Positions 10,602 to 21,190 of a stretch of DNA of 64,000 bases are shown here, one piece after another. Source of the stretch: a virus (taxonomy: Duplodnaviria > Caudoviricetes). The translations under genes were made by a program, and so were the position numbers. Under the pieces are notes generated by a model. The model was not told where the DNA came from, did not search any database, and saw nothing but the letters and a program-made list of their open reading frames with translations. The first letter of the stretch is position 1, and each line of letters begins with the position of its first letter. The stretch covers positions 32,001 to 96,000 of IMG/VR virus record IMGVR_UViG_2974628631_000001, one strand, 5' to 3'.

Positions 10602-11077
10602 GATACTTCTATCTCAACGGTGATTTGCACAAAGTCCTGAGTGTAACACGTGCTCAGGACTTTGTGGTTTGTTGGAACTTTCCTCAGGGAAAGCGTGTTG
10701 GCTATGTATGGTCAGATGTCCGCAAGAATCATGGAAAGGCATTCAGGCTTCAGCAGGTTGCCGAAATGATTGGCAGACATTACATTACAATCAAAAGAGA
10801 TATTCTTGAAGGTCGCATTAAAGCGCCTCAAAGAATTTACGCATTCAATGAGAACAGAACTCCAGGTGCCTATTACATGTCTGAAGAAGATGTGTATGCG
10901 CTTCACGACTATATGATGACAACGCATATCGGTCGCCCAAGAGGTGACGGTAAGGTAACGGTTCGGGACATGCCATCCAAGGCTGAGCTTCGTGCTATGA
11001 TGAAGCATGACCTTGTTACCTACGTGAAGACGAAGGACGGAGATTTTGTTCCCGTGTGGAAGGAGCAAAATTGGTAA
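10541..11077 (+). CDS. helix-turn-helix DNA-binding protein
   Basis: FRLQQVAEMIGRHYITIKR MerR/excisionase-like HTH. Confidence 0.7.
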   Translation: MAMEEGTKPRQRRNRKSPRLRYFYLNGDLHKVLSVTRAQDFVVCWNFPQGKRVGYVWSDVRKNHGKAFRLQQVAEMIGRHYITIKRDILEGRIKAPQRIYAFNENRTPGAYYMSEEDVYALHDYMMTTHIGRPRGDGKVTVRDMPSKAELRAMMKHDLVTYVKTKDGDFVPVWKEQNW

Positions 11078-11379
11078 AGGTTAAGCCCACTTCATATGGG
11101 CCGATTGAAGATGAATTGAGCGGAAGTACAGCGCTCGTTCAGGCTGCCGCAACACTTGACGCAGCAGTCTTTCTTGCGGTAGAGTCGAAGAACGTTGACA
11201 AATTGCTTGATATTGCTGCCATGTGGATGGGCTTGGCCGAACGTCTGGGAATCGTTCTTGAAGAAGATGATGAAGAGGACGATGATTTCCCAGACAAGAA
11301 GGACAAGGAACCATTTGGCTTCACACAAGTAACGTCAGATAAAGAACCTGTTAAGGAGGTAATTGTAGAAGATGCATGA
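11056..11379 (+). CDS. hypothetical protein
   Basis: ORF in coupled operon; start uncertain. Confidence 0.55.
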   Translation: MEGAKLVKVKPTSYGPIEDELSGSTALVQAAATLDAAVFLAVESKNVDKLLDIAAMWMGLAERLGIVLEEDDEEDDDFPDKKDKEPFGFTQVTSDKEPVKEVIVEDA

Positions 11380-11596
11380 GGTTGACAAGACTCCATCAGC
11401 TCATCGTGTTAAGGTTTCCGTAGGTTATACTCGGAACATGGGCAACTTTGAGTCTCTGCGTGTAGATGTTGGTCTGGAACTGGACGGGGTTGGTAATCCG
11501 AACCCTACCTTCGATAAGGCTTACTCTTGGGCAGAAGGCAAGTTGCTTGAGAAGGTTGCAGAGGTTGAAGAAGAGCTGAAGGGCATCAAGGAGTAA
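11372..11596 (+). CDS. hypothetical protein
   Basis: VGYTRNMGNFESLRVD motif common in phage replication regions. Confidence 0.65.
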   Translation: MHEVDKTPSAHRVKVSVGYTRNMGNFESLRVDVGLELDGVGNPNPTFDKAYSWAEGKLLEKVAEVEEELKGIKE

Positions 11597-11597
11597 T

Positions 11598-11939
11598 ATG
11601 GCCACTAACACGGTAGCGAAGCAGGCATATGGCCTCATTAGTCATTACGAAAAGTGTTTCAGGGACAAGTACCCTTATTCGCCTACTGTTAACCGCTTCC
11701 GTGTGAAGTGGGGTTTTCAGGACATGGTGACTGACCTTGGCTATGATACTGCAAAGGAAGTTATTGAGTACTACTTCCGCACAGCAAAGCCAAGTCACCC
11801 TGTTGACTTTCTTCTGAATAACTATGATAGAATCAATGAATTCATGAAGGAACGTCAAAAGGATGAAGAAAAGAGAGAAGAACTGCGCAGGCAGACTGAA
11901 CAAAAGGTAAGGGAGATGGAAGACAAGAATGACAACTGA
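11598..11939 (+). CDS. hypothetical protein (possible helicase accessory)
   Basis: AAGGAG RBS; overlaps dnaB. Confidence 0.6.
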   Translation: MATNTVAKQAYGLISHYEKCFRDKYPYSPTVNRFRVKWGFQDMVTDLGYDTAKEVIEYYFRTAKPSHPVDFLLNNYDRINEFMKERQKDEEKREELRRQTEQKVREMEDKNDN

Positions 11940-13146
11940 ACTCCAGGTAATTAGCGCAGTCTGCAAGAATAAGGATATCGGTGTTCTATATGCCGAGAAT
12001 GTTGATGACCTGTTCACTGCGTATGGTGACGTATGGAAGTCCATTAAGAGTCACTATGAAAAGTACAAGTCTGTTCCCGACATCGGATTGCTGGAGGAGC
12101 GTTTCCAGGAATTTGAGGGTGCGGATGTCAAGGGTGAAACCGCTTACTACCTTGACGAACTTCGCAATGATTACGTAAAGACTCGTATTCAGACCATTAT
12201 GAAGAAGGCTGCGGAAGCCATGCGAGAGGGCGAGGCTCCGGGCCGGGTTCTTGACAAGACCAACACTGCTCTGGCAAAGTTGGGCCGGTTTACAAATAAT
12301 GTCCGAGACGTAGATATCACAGATTACCTCTCAGCCGAATCACATTTTCAGGCTGTGCAGGAACGGAGTGCGGCTCTAGGAAGCCCTGGCATTCCCACGA
12401 CTTTTAAGTCTATCGACTCGGTATATCCTACTGGTATGGCACCTGGTCACCTCATCGTGGCTATTGGTTGGCCTGGTAAGGGTAAGACCTGGTTCACTTC
12501 CTACCTTGCCTGTAAGGCGTGGGAGCAGGGATTTAAGCCGATGATTGTCAGCCTTGAAATGAGCCCTGAGAATATGCGTGACCGCATTTACACTATGATG
12601 GGTTCTGGACTATTCCGTGCTAGCGATTTCGCAAAGGGAGATGTCAATATTGATGACTTCCACGCATGGGGTAAGCGAAGGTTTGATAACAAGGGCGGTT
12701 TTGTGGTAGTATCAAATGAGGGGCTTTCAGATGTAACCCCCAATACGGTTCAGGGCAAGATTGACCAACATAAGCCTGACCTGGTAATCTGTGACTATCA
12801 TCAGCTCTTCCAGTGCAACAGTCGGTCAAACAGTCCAACCGAGCGTGGTATGGCTGTGTCTCGTGAGTTCAAGATGCTTGCAGTGACCAATAATATCCCG
12901 CTTATTGATATTACGGCTGCTACTCAGTCTGACCTTTCTGACCGTGACCAGCCTCCGATGATGAGTCAGGTTGCATGGTCCAAGGCTATCGAGTATGATG
13001 CCGACATGGCCTTTGCGGTTCACCGCAATGAAGACTCCAATCTCATTGAGGTTGTCTGCCGCAAGAATCGTCATGGAAGCATGTTCGATTTCTATCTCGA
13101 CTGGGATATCGACCGTGGTATCGTGGAAGAGAAGTTCACAATTTGA
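11929..13146 (+). CDS. dnaB: DnaB-like replicative helicase
   Basis: Walker A GWPGKGKT, SLEM, ICDYHQL, IEYDAD, KNRHG. Confidence 0.93.
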   Translation: MTTELQVISAVCKNKDIGVLYAENVDDLFTAYGDVWKSIKSHYEKYKSVPDIGLLEERFQEFEGADVKGETAYYLDELRNDYVKTRIQTIMKKAAEAMREGEAPGRVLDKTNTALAKLGRFTNNVRDVDITDYLSAESHFQAVQERSAALGSPGIPTTFKSIDSVYPTGMAPGHLIVAIGWPGKGKTWFTSYLACKAWEQGFKPMIVSLEMSPENMRDRIYTMMGSGLFRASDFAKGDVNIDDFHAWGKRRFDNKGGFVVVSNEGLSDVTPNTVQGKIDQHKPDLVICDYHQLFQCNSRSNSPTERGMAVSREFKMLAVTNNIPLIDITAATQSDLSDRDQPPMMSQVAWSKAIEYDADMAFAVHRNEDSNLIEVVCRKNRHGSMFDFYLDWDIDRGIVEEKFTI

Positions 13147-13149
13147 GAC

Positions 13150-13470
13150 ATGCACAAGACGATTAAGAGGTTCGGGTTTGAGGGGAAAGTCAACGATGAT
13201 GCTGACTTTCCCCGCATCCGAGCACAATACGAGTCCCTGATTTTGAGAGAAATGAGGGAATTGGGCTATGTCCCAGTACTTGACCTTGGACCATACTGGT
13301 CAACAGAATACGTCAAGCCGGAAGATGCATATGAGTTTGTGCTCTCAGTGTATGGCGTTTATCTAGGAAGGAGGCGTTCATGGGAAGTAGAGGGGATTTC
13401 GAATGGGAGGGAAATAAAGAGACCTACACCCCCAACCAAGTCGAAGCAACCCTCCGAGCCTGCGGAGTAG
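13150..13470 (+). CDS. hypothetical protein
   Basis: ORF between helicase and primase. Confidence 0.6.
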   Translation: MHKTIKRFGFEGKVNDDADFPRIRAQYESLILREMRELGYVPVLDLGPYWSTEYVKPEDAYEFVLSVYGVYLGRRRSWEVEGISNGREIKRPTPPTKSKQPSEPAE

Positions 13471-14477
13471 AAATTGAGGGCGAAACCACAAATGACTTCC
13501 TGTGCTTCTGCCCTTTCCACGGAAACCGATTCAGTCCATCTTTCAGTGTTTCGAGAACAAGCGGAGCGTTTATCTGCTTCAACCATTCTTGTGGTATCAC
13601 TGGAACATTGGTAGACTTGGTTAAGCGGATTCCAATGCGTGATGGAACTTTTCGAAACGAGTTTGCAGCCCGTCGCCTGATTCTTAAGAAGAAGAGCGAG
13701 ACGCAACAGGCTTTTGAGGATGAGCTGAATAAGCTCTTTGAACCCAAGGTTGACTTTGTCGAGTTTCCGCAAGTAACTCTTGACAGGATGTATGAAGACT
13801 TCTGGCAGAATCCAGAAGCCATTCGATATATGGTGGAAGAGCGCGGGTTCGAAGAAGAAACTCTAGAGTTCTTCAGAATCGGATACTCAGCAAAGAAGGA
13901 TATCATTGCCGTCCCTATGCATAATGCTAAGGGATTGCCAGTGGGTGTAATTGGCAGACCTGCCGACACGGAAAACAAGTTCTTCAAGAATTCCCGTGGT
14001 TTGCCAACAAGTAAGACGCTCTGGAATATGCACCGAGCCAAGCGACATGGTGCTACAGTGATTATCTGTGAAGCATCATTCGATGCAATGAGAATCCATC
14101 AAGCAGGTTACCCGAATGTGGTAGCGTGTCTAGGAGGAAACTTCAGCCCTTATCACTTTGACCAATTGAATAAGCATTTCTCTACAATCGTCATCATGAC
14201 TGACTTTGATAAGAAAGAGAAGCACATCTACAAGGGCTGTAGAAAGTGTAAGAAGCGTGGATTGAATCTCTGTGTGGGACACAATCCAGGACGAGACCTT
14301 GGCGGAACAATCGCGGCGGGTCTGAACACGAAGACCATTCTATGGGCTTCATATGGTGATGAAACAATTTATCCCCACGATGCGAAAGATGCTGGTGATA
14401 TGACAGACGATGAAATTCGCCAGTGCCTCAGAAATGCGGTTCCTGATTACACATATGCTGAATGGGGAATCTACTGA
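13380..14477 (+). CDS. dnaG: DNA primase
   Basis: CPFH zinc finger; TOPRIM ICEASFDAM and DFD; KDAGD. Confidence 0.92.
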   Translation: MGSRGDFEWEGNKETYTPNQVEATLRACGVEIEGETTNDFLCFCPFHGNRFSPSFSVSRTSGAFICFNHSCGITGTLVDLVKRIPMRDGTFRNEFAARRLILKKKSETQQAFEDELNKLFEPKVDFVEFPQVTLDRMYEDFWQNPEAIRYMVEERGFEEETLEFFRIGYSAKKDIIAVPMHNAKGLPVGVIGRPADTENKFFKNSRGLPTSKTLWNMHRAKRHGATVIICEASFDAMRIHQAGYPNVVACLGGNFSPYHFDQLNKHFSTIVIMTDFDKKEKHIYKGCRKCKKRGLNLCVGHNPGRDLGGTIAAGLNTKTILWASYGDETIYPHDAKDAGDMTDDEIRQCLRNAVPDYTYAEWGIY

Positions 14478-14583
14478 GGGCGGGGGAGCTTGCTCCCCAA
14501 GCTTGTACCGCACTACAGGACATGGTACAATGGTAGAAGCAGCCTCAGAGAAGGCTCAACTAATACTAGGAGATATATAAACA

Positions 14584-15300
14584 ATGGCACGAATTAAGGG
14601 ACTCGCTTCCATTCAGGCAAACCAGAAGGCGCAGCAGGAGCGCGCTGAGGCAGGCAACCGACCTAAGGCGGACTGGTTTAAGTTCCCTAAGGGTCAGACC
14701 GCAATCGTTGTTCGATTCCTTCAGGAACTCGACCCCGAGATGCGTAATTACCGTGAGGACCGTGGAGTTGGCTTCATTGAGACGGAGCACAATGCACCTG
14801 GTCCGGATGGCTGGAAGCGTCGCGGAATTTGCACCATCGCTGAAGAGGATGGTGGAGAGTGCTACGCCTGTGAGCGTCACAAGCAGAATTACAAGGAGGG
14901 TTGGAGGCAGAAGCAGAACCTCTACATCAACGTCCTTGCTGACCTTGGTGATGGCCCTAAGGTTTACATTCTGACCCGAAATGCAAATTCTGTGTTCTCA
15001 CAGAACCTCATTCAGGAAGCCCTTGATGAGGGAAGCATCACTGATGCGAATTATCGAATCACCAAGACTGGTGAGGGTACGACTACTCAGTGGTCGTTGA
15101 AGCGTCTGAAGGATGAGCCTTTCGATGACAGCAAGGTTGAGGTCTTTGACCTTGAGGCTGCTGCGGTTCGTAAGGTAGAGTATGACAAGCAGGCCGAGTA
15201 CTACGGTGCAGTTTACCAGGAGGACACCACTCCTGCCGCATCTAACGGCTCTTCTCAGGCTCCACGTGCTTCCGCTTCTAGCGCTGACGACGAGTGGTAA
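14584..15300 (+). CDS. single-stranded DNA-binding protein (gp32-like)
   Basis: VRFL...CYAC...ITKTGEG; acidic tail ADDEW; strong RBS. Confidence 0.75.
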   Translation: MARIKGLASIQANQKAQQERAEAGNRPKADWFKFPKGQTAIVVRFLQELDPEMRNYREDRGVGFIETEHNAPGPDGWKRRGICTIAEEDGGECYACERHKQNYKEGWRQKQNLYINVLADLGDGPKVYILTRNANSVFSQNLIQEALDEGSITDANYRITKTGEGTTTQWSLKRLKDEPFDDSKVEVFDLEAAAVRKVEYDKQAEYYGAVYQEDTTPAASNGSSQAPRASASSADDEW

Positions 15301-15316
15301 AATGACTTGGTAGAAC

Positions 15317-15346
15317 GGCCCCGGATTGAAAAGTCCGGGGCCTTCT
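15317..15346 (+). terminator. stem-loop terminator after SSB
   Basis: GGCCCCGGA-ttgaaaag-TCCGGGGCC followed by TTCT. Confidence 0.65.
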
Positions 15347-15361
15347 GCTATAGTGAAGCTT

Positions 15362-15661
15362 ATGACGTTTGAATTCAGTACAGAGTATAAGACGTACATC
15401 AAAAGCCCTAAATGGAAGAGAATTTGTTCCAGATATTGGGCGGTTTATGGACGCAAATGCCAAGCTTGTGGCAAGAGAAGAGAACTTCACGTCCATCATC
15501 ACACATACGCAAGGTTCGGTAGAGAACTCTTGACAGACCTGACTGGCCTGTGCCATGATTGTCATAGACGTGTTCACCAGAGGCACAGAGCAAACCGGCG
15601 GGTTTCGCTTGAATTGGTGACTAAGCAATACGTACAAGCAATGAAGAATAAAAAGCTCTGA
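15362..15661 (+). CDS. HNH endonuclease
   Basis: CQACG...LHVHH..Y...LCHDCHRRVH. Confidence 0.85.
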   Translation: MTFEFSTEYKTYIKSPKWKRICSRYWAVYGRKCQACGKRRELHVHHHTYARFGRELLTDLTGLCHDCHRRVHQRHRANRRVSLELVTKQYVQAMKNKKL

Positions 15662-15705
15662 TTCATAAGCCTTTAAGAATCAGATGAGATTAAGGAGAAA
15701 AGGCT

Positions 15706-18700
15706 TTGGCATATACAGAACTACACCTTCATGATTACTACAGTACGCTGGATGGTCTGAATTCCCCGGCGGAATACATGGAGCGAGCAAAGGAATTGGG
15801 AATGACCCACCTTGCTCAGACTAACCACGGAAGTCTTATCGGACACCGTGAATTTCAGAAGGCTGCATCTGCGGCGGGTATCGTTCCAATCCTTGGCGTT
15901 GAGGCTTACATTTCGCCTACCGACCGTTTCGACCGTCGTGCAAAGAACAAGCGTTCTGATGGAACGAACGTTTACAATCACCTCATCATCCTTGCCCAGG
16001 GTGAGACTGGTCTTAAGACTCTGAATACTCTGAATGAGATTGCATGGACTGAGGGTTTCTACAATAAGCCCCGTATTGATATGGAGGTCCTTGAAGAGCA
16101 CAATGAAGGTCTGATTGTCCTTTCGGGATGTCTGAATTCAATGCTGTGCAAGGCTCTCGATGCAGGCAACTACGATGAGGCCGAACGTATCGCCCTTGAA
16201 TTTAAGCGGATTCTTGGTGACCGATTCTACATTGAGGTCCAGGGTCACAATCCTCTGGAAATCAATCAGGGTCTCTTTAAGATTGCTGACGACAATGGCA
16301 TTCCGCCTGTCGTCACTTCCGACTGCCATTATGCACGTAAGGAAGACCTCTGGATTGAAGAGGCTATGCTGATTATCTCTTCCAAGCCTAAGTTTGGTAA
16401 GGAATTCGACTTCAGCAAGTCTCAGAAGATGGACCTTCTTGAGCGATACAATTATTTGTACCCTGACCGAATGATGTCCTTTGAAGAGATTGAGATTTAT
16501 CTTCACTCTGCTGAAGAGCATCGGGCAGCATTTAAGAAGCAGGGATTCGACCGAGAAGACATCGTAAAGAACACTGAGGTCATCTCTCAGCGTATTGGTG
16601 ACTATCCTTTCTATCAGGGACTCGACCTTCTTCCACGTCCTAAGAACGGAAATCCGGATGACCTTCTGGAAAAGAAGGCACGTTCTGGACTTCGTAATCG
16701 TGGTCTGGACAAGAATCCGGAATACGTAGCCCGACTTGAAGAAGAGCTGGATATCATCAAGTCTAAGGATTTCTCTACCTACTTCCTCATTGTTGCTAAC
16801 ATGATTAAGTGGGCAAAGGACCAGGGTATTTTTGTTGGTCCTGGTCGTGGTTCCGGGGCGGGTTCTCTGGTAAACTACTCGCTTGGCATTACGGAAGTAG
16901 ACCCTATCAAGTATGGTCTGCTGTTCTTCCGATTCATTAACCCTGAGCGTAATGACTTTCCTGACATCGATACAGACTTTGAAGACCGTAGGCGTAACGA
17001 AATCAAGGACTACCTGACCCGAAAGTTCCACCACGTTGCATCTATTGCAACTGTTGGTTACTTCAAGAATAAGGGTGTCATTCGACGCGTCGCTGGTCTT
17101 TTCCGTATTGACCAGAAGGAAACCGACAAGGCTCTTGAGACGATTGAGACCTTTGAGGAATATCAAACCTCTAGTGCCACTGAGGAATATCGTAAGAAGT
17201 ACCCTGAGGTTGAGAAGGTCGCTCTGGAATTGCGTGGTCGCATCAGTAATACTGGTATGCACGCGGCGGGTATCGTTATTTCCAAGGAGCCTATCGCAAA
17301 GTATGCTGCCATGGAGACGGCTGCTGACCCGAAGGACAAGACAGCTCCCCGTAGGTCTCTTGTCGCCATGGACATGGAAGAGGCTGCTGACCTTGGTCTC
17401 ATCAAGGTTGACGCACTTGGCCTTAAGACGCTCTCTGTAATTGGAGATGCACTTAAGGTTATTAAGGAAAGGCACAATCGAGACATCATCCTGACCGATA
17501 TTCCTCTTGAGGATAAGAAGGTCTATGAGATGATTTCTAAGGGTTACACAAAGGGTGTGTTTCAGTGTGAAGCAACTCCATATACTGGTCTTATCCTGAA
17601 CATGGGCGGTATTCACTCATTTGCTGAGCTTGCAGCGTCCAACGCTCTTGTTCGTCCGGGTGCTATGAATACCATTGGTGCTGAGTACATCGCTCGTAAG
17701 AATGGTGAAACTCCAGTAACCTATGTTCATGAATTGATGAAGCCATTCACTGAAGACACGTATGGTGAGGTTCTTTATCAGGAGCAGGTCATGCTTGCGA
17801 TGACTGAATTGGCCGGGATGTCTATGGCTACCGCTGATAAGGTCCGTAAGATTATTGGTAAGAAGAAGGATGCCAGTGAATTCGATGCTTACAAGGCTGA
17901 ATTCATCAACGGTGCTTCACAACACATTTCAAAGGCTGTGGCTGAAAAGCTATGGCATGACTTTGAGGCGCACGCGGGTTATTCCTTCAACAAGTCTCAC
18001 GCTGTTGCATACTCTATGCTCTCCTACTGGACTGCATGGTTGAAGTACTACTATCCTGTCGAGTTCGTTTATGCTATGCTGAAGAACGAGAACGATAAGG
18101 ACGCTCGAACCACTTATCTGATTGAGGCTAAGCGAATGGGTGTGAAGGTTAAGCTCCCTCACATCAATCATTCACAGCTTGACTTCAGTATTGAGGACGA
18201 TGCGATTCGATTTGGTCTGGCAAACATCAAGTTCATTTCCGATAACCTTGGAAAGAAGTTGATTGATGCTCGTCCGTTCGAGAACTACGCCGCTCTTGAA
18301 GAAGAAGTCAAGAAGCCGAAGAATGGATTGAGTGTCAGAGTCCTACAGTCGCTTAATGCGATTGGTGGTGCTACATTCCCGGACAATCCGAAGCGTGGAG
18401 ATGAGCGACACTATTTTTACGAGTACCTTCAGATTCCAGCGTTTGAGATTCCCGATATGCCTGCTGGTGTGCGTGCACAGTTTACCGACCTAGCAGACTT
18501 CCACGAATCTGGCAATCACGTTGTTATGGGAATGGTCAAGGAGGTCAAGCGAGGAAAGGGTTGGTCTCGAATTGAAATTGTTGACGAGACTGGCGAGGCT
18601 TCGTTCTTTCACAAGGAAGACACGCTAATTCAGCCTGGTAACATGTACGTTATGCTCATCGCTAACAAGCGATTGGCTAGGTATGTAGAGGCTGTAGATT

Positions 18701-18996
18701 TTGTGCGGGAATCCAGCAACACCTTTGTGCGCTATATGTACACAAAGAGGTTTGCAGCACTTACAGAAGGCTTCTACTATGTAGTTTCCAATCAGAGTCG
18801 TAAGACAAAGGCTGGAAAGAACATGGCAGACCTGGTACTTGCGGATGAGGAGAAGAACCTGTATTCTGTACTAGTGTTCCCTCAGATGTTCCACAAGGCT
18901 TATGGCTTCTGCAAGGAGGGTTCCATTATTGAGGCGACTCTGAAGCAGACACAGGATGGTGACACCCTGTTCTTGGACGAGGTTATCCCTCGCTAA
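15706..18996 (+). CDS. dnaE: DNA polymerase III alpha subunit
   Basis: PHP LHLHDYYSTLDG, GPGRGSGAGSLV, FPDIDTDF, HAAGIVI, YSFNKSHA. Confidence 0.97.
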   Translation: MAYTELHLHDYYSTLDGLNSPAEYMERAKELGMTHLAQTNHGSLIGHREFQKAASAAGIVPILGVEAYISPTDRFDRRAKNKRSDGTNVYNHLIILAQGETGLKTLNTLNEIAWTEGFYNKPRIDMEVLEEHNEGLIVLSGCLNSMLCKALDAGNYDEAERIALEFKRILGDRFYIEVQGHNPLEINQGLFKIADDNGIPPVVTSDCHYARKEDLWIEEAMLIISSKPKFGKEFDFSKSQKMDLLERYNYLYPDRMMSFEEIEIYLHSAEEHRAAFKKQGFDREDIVKNTEVISQRIGDYPFYQGLDLLPRPKNGNPDDLLEKKARSGLRNRGLDKNPEYVARLEEELDIIKSKDFSTYFLIVANMIKWAKDQGIFVGPGRGSGAGSLVNYSLGITEVDPIKYGLLFFRFINPERNDFPDIDTDFEDRRRNEIKDYLTRKFHHVASIATVGYFKNKGVIRRVAGLFRIDQKETDKALETIETFEEYQTSSATEEYRKKYPEVEKVALELRGRISNTGMHAAGIVISKEPIAKYAAMETAADPKDKTAPRRSLVAMDMEEAADLGLIKVDALGLKTLSVIGDALKVIKERHNRDIILTDIPLEDKKVYEMISKGYTKGVFQCEATPYTGLILNMGGIHSFAELAASNALVRPGAMNTIGAEYIARKNGETPVTYVHELMKPFTEDTYGEVLYQEQVMLAMTELAGMSMATADKVRKIIGKKKDASEFDAYKAEFINGASQHISKAVAEKLWHDFEAHAGYSFNKSHAVAYSMLSYWTAWLKYYYPVEFVYAMLKNENDKDARTTYLIEAKRMGVKVKLPHINHSQLDFSIEDDAIRFGLANIKFISDNLGKKLIDARPFENYAALEEEVKKPKNGLSVRVLQSLNAIGGATFPDNPKRGDERHYFYEYLQIPAFEIPDMPAGVRAQFTDLADFHESGNHVVMGMVKEVKRGKGWSRIEIVDETGEASFFHKEDTLIQPGNMYVMLIANKRLARYVEAVDFVRESSNTFVRYMYTKRFAALTEGFYYVVSNQSRKTKAGKNMADLVLADEEKNLYSVLVFPQMFHKAYGFCKEGSIIEATLKQTQDGDTLFLDEVIPR

Positions 18997-19044
18997 TATG
19001 CCTGCCCCTTCGGGGGCGGCAAGCTTATCCTTAAGGAGGAAACA

Positions 19045-19233
19045 TTGGCTGAAGAGCCTACACAGATTGACCTTGGTCCTTTTCTCGCGGCAATCGTTGA
19101 ATTGTCTGGTGGAGAAGTGAAAATTCCTTATGATGTATTCAGGAATCAGGCAGGAACTAAGGCATTGGCAATTGATATTGAGGACGATGGTGCCACTCTC
19201 GTTCTCCGAGTAGTAGATGGGATTCCAGAGTGA
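19045..19233 (+). CDS. hypothetical protein
   Basis: AAGGAGG RBS; overlaps dut. Confidence 0.6.
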   Translation: MAEEPTQIDLGPFLAAIVELSGGEVKIPYDVFRNQAGTKALAIDIEDDGATLVLRVVDGIPE

Positions 19234-19667
19234 TTGTTGAATTCAAGAAGTTGGATGAAAATGCAGCGGCTCCAGTTTTCATGAGGCCAGGAGATGCGGG
19301 TGCAGATATTTGTACCACGCAGGAATTTACTCTAGCCTCTGGTGAGCGCAAGATGGTTCACACGGGGGTGGCGATTGCTGTTCCTGACGGATATGCCGCA
19401 CTTGTTCATCCTCGCTCTAGTCTTGCAGCAATGCATGGAATTTCCATTGTAAATGCTCCAGGAACAATTGATGCGGGATATCGTGGTGAGGTTTGTGTAC
19501 TGCTTATCAACCACGGAGATGAGCCTGTAGAATTTGTTTCAGGTCAGAGGATTGCTCAGCTAGTCTTTCAGCGTGTAGAGCAGCCACAGTTCGTTTATGT
19601 TCGAGAGTTTACCGATGGTAAGACAGAACGAGGAACTGGCGGGTTTGGCTCGACTGGCAAGAGCTAA
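19230..19667 (+). CDS. dut: dUTPase
   Basis: AGADI, PRSS, GTIDAGYRGE, RIAQL, RGTGGFGSTG. Confidence 0.96.
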   Translation: MIVEFKKLDENAAAPVFMRPGDAGADICTTQEFTLASGERKMVHTGVAIAVPDGYAALVHPRSSLAAMHGISIVNAPGTIDAGYRGEVCVLLINHGDEPVEFVSGQRIAQLVFQRVEQPQFVYVREFTDGKTERGTGGFGSTGKS

Positions 19668-19685
19668 CTGTAGTATAATGGTGAT

Positions 19686-19874
19686 ATGAGTACAAGCGGC
19701 TACTTCCTCCGGGGAATTTCTGAAGATAACATTCTCGTGTTTCGAAGCGAGGACCCGGAGGAATTGTTGCGCATCATTCAGCGGCTTTGTGCCAGCCGCG
19801 ATAAGCAAATTAGAGCACTAGCAAAGCAACTAGAACTTGACTGGTACAGTCGAAATAACAATAAGGATAATTAA
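19686..19874 (+). CDS. hypothetical protein
   Basis: 62 aa ORF just after TATAAT (possibly leaderless). Confidence 0.55.
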   Translation: MSTSGYFLRGISEDNILVFRSEDPEELLRIIQRLCASRDKQIRALAKQLELDWYSRNNNKDN

Positions 19875-19879
19875 AAGTA

Positions 19880-20902
19880 GTGGCATTTGAAGACTTCATG
19901 TCTAGGCTAGACCCTAAGACAGCTAAGAGACTTAAGACTGCTCAAGAAATTGAGCTGGTAAAGTTTCCTCTGGCTAGCTCTGGACTCACACATGCACTTG
20001 GTGGCGGAGTTGGAGCGGGGCGAATTACCCTCTGCTATGGAAATACAAGTTCCGGAAAGTCCGTTCTCATGATGCAGACGATTGGTCTGCTTCAGAAGAT
20101 GGGCCTTGTGTGTGCTTGGGTAGATGTTGAGGGTACATATGAAAAGAGTTTCGGTGCCAAACTAGGCATCAACAACGATGAACTTATTCTGATTCAGAAG
20201 AAGTCATTCGGTGGCATCACAGATGAAATCATGCCGCTAATTCGGGCGGGTATTGATTTCTTGGTCATTGACTCAATCAGTGATGCTCTCCCAGAGGTCT
20301 TTGTAGACAAGGACGGGGAAGCAGTAGAGTTTGATAAGATGAAGCAGCTTGGTGCACACGCCAAGTCTTGTACAATGATGGTTAACGCTATTCATTATGA
20401 GAATGAAAAGACTGCTGTTGTTCTTATCTCTCAGACTACAACAAAGATTGAGCAGACCTATGTAAAGCAGGTTCCTCACGGAGGCCAGAAGGTCCCGTTT
20501 GCGTCATCCCAGATTATCAAGTTGACCAGTTCAAATACAGAAGGTCAGCAAATCATGGGTAACTCCTACGTGGGAGACCTTATCATTGAGGCTCCAATTG
20601 GCCGTAAGGTTGAGTATTACGTAGAGAAGAACAAGTTGGGTCCACAGTCCCGAAAGGGCAAGTACGACTTGTATTACGATGGAGATTTCGTAGGCATTGA
20701 CGCAATTGGTGAGGTTGTCGATACAGCAGAAGCGTTTGGCATTGTCACCAAGAAGGGCGCATGGTACACTGTTGAGGAGAAGCAGATTCAGGGCAGGCCC
20801 AAGGTGGTTGCCACTCTTCGTGAGGATGATGTGCTTCTGAAGACTCTCAAGGAGAAGGTGAATACCGTCCTAACGGGCGAACTACCTGATGACGAAGTTT
20901 AG
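19880..20902 (+). CDS. recA: RecA-like recombinase
   Basis: GNTSSGKS, VDVE, VIDS, KNK, KKGAWY. Confidence 0.93.
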   Translation: MAFEDFMSRLDPKTAKRLKTAQEIELVKFPLASSGLTHALGGGVGAGRITLCYGNTSSGKSVLMMQTIGLLQKMGLVCAWVDVEGTYEKSFGAKLGINNDELILIQKKSFGGITDEIMPLIRAGIDFLVIDSISDALPEVFVDKDGEAVEFDKMKQLGAHAKSCTMMVNAIHYENEKTAVVLISQTTTKIEQTYVKQVPHGGQKVPFASSQIIKLTSSNTEGQQIMGNSYVGDLIIEAPIGRKVEYYVEKNKLGPQSRKGKYDLYYDGDFVGIDAIGEVVDTAEAFGIVTKKGAWYTVEEKQIQGRPKVVATLREDDVLLKTLKEKVNTVLTGELPDDEV

Positions 20903-21083
20903 TGATTTCGTCGCAAAGACTCAGGAGGCTGAGACACCCAAGGGTCTAGAAATTTCTGGTGCCTTTGGGTGTCAAGTCTGCCACGAGCAGTGTGACGATG
21001 CCGAGTATTTTCCAGTGGAAAAGATTTTGAAGTGGAAGTGTTCGGAGGGACACATTTCCTATGTTGAGGAATTTGTTCTCTGA
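20889..21083 (+). CDS. small zinc-binding protein
   Basis: CQVC...WKCSEGH. Confidence 0.6.
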   Translation: MTKFSDFVAKTQEAETPKGLEISGAFGCQVCHEQCDDAEYFPVEKILKWKCSEGHISYVEEFVL

Positions 21084-21190
21084 GATTACAGAGAACGTAA
21101 GTCTATTTCTCGGCGGTATGCTTTTGGGGGTAGCTTTGGGAATCATTGCTACCCTCATTGGCGTTTCTGCCTATATGAATAAGGAGGATA

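Noticed and set aside
16138-17616. Long minus-strand ORFs (492 aa here; also 37013-38083, 45309-46214, 53043-54059)
   Set aside because: They are antisense shadows of well-supported + strand genes, caused by codon bias, and have no motifs.
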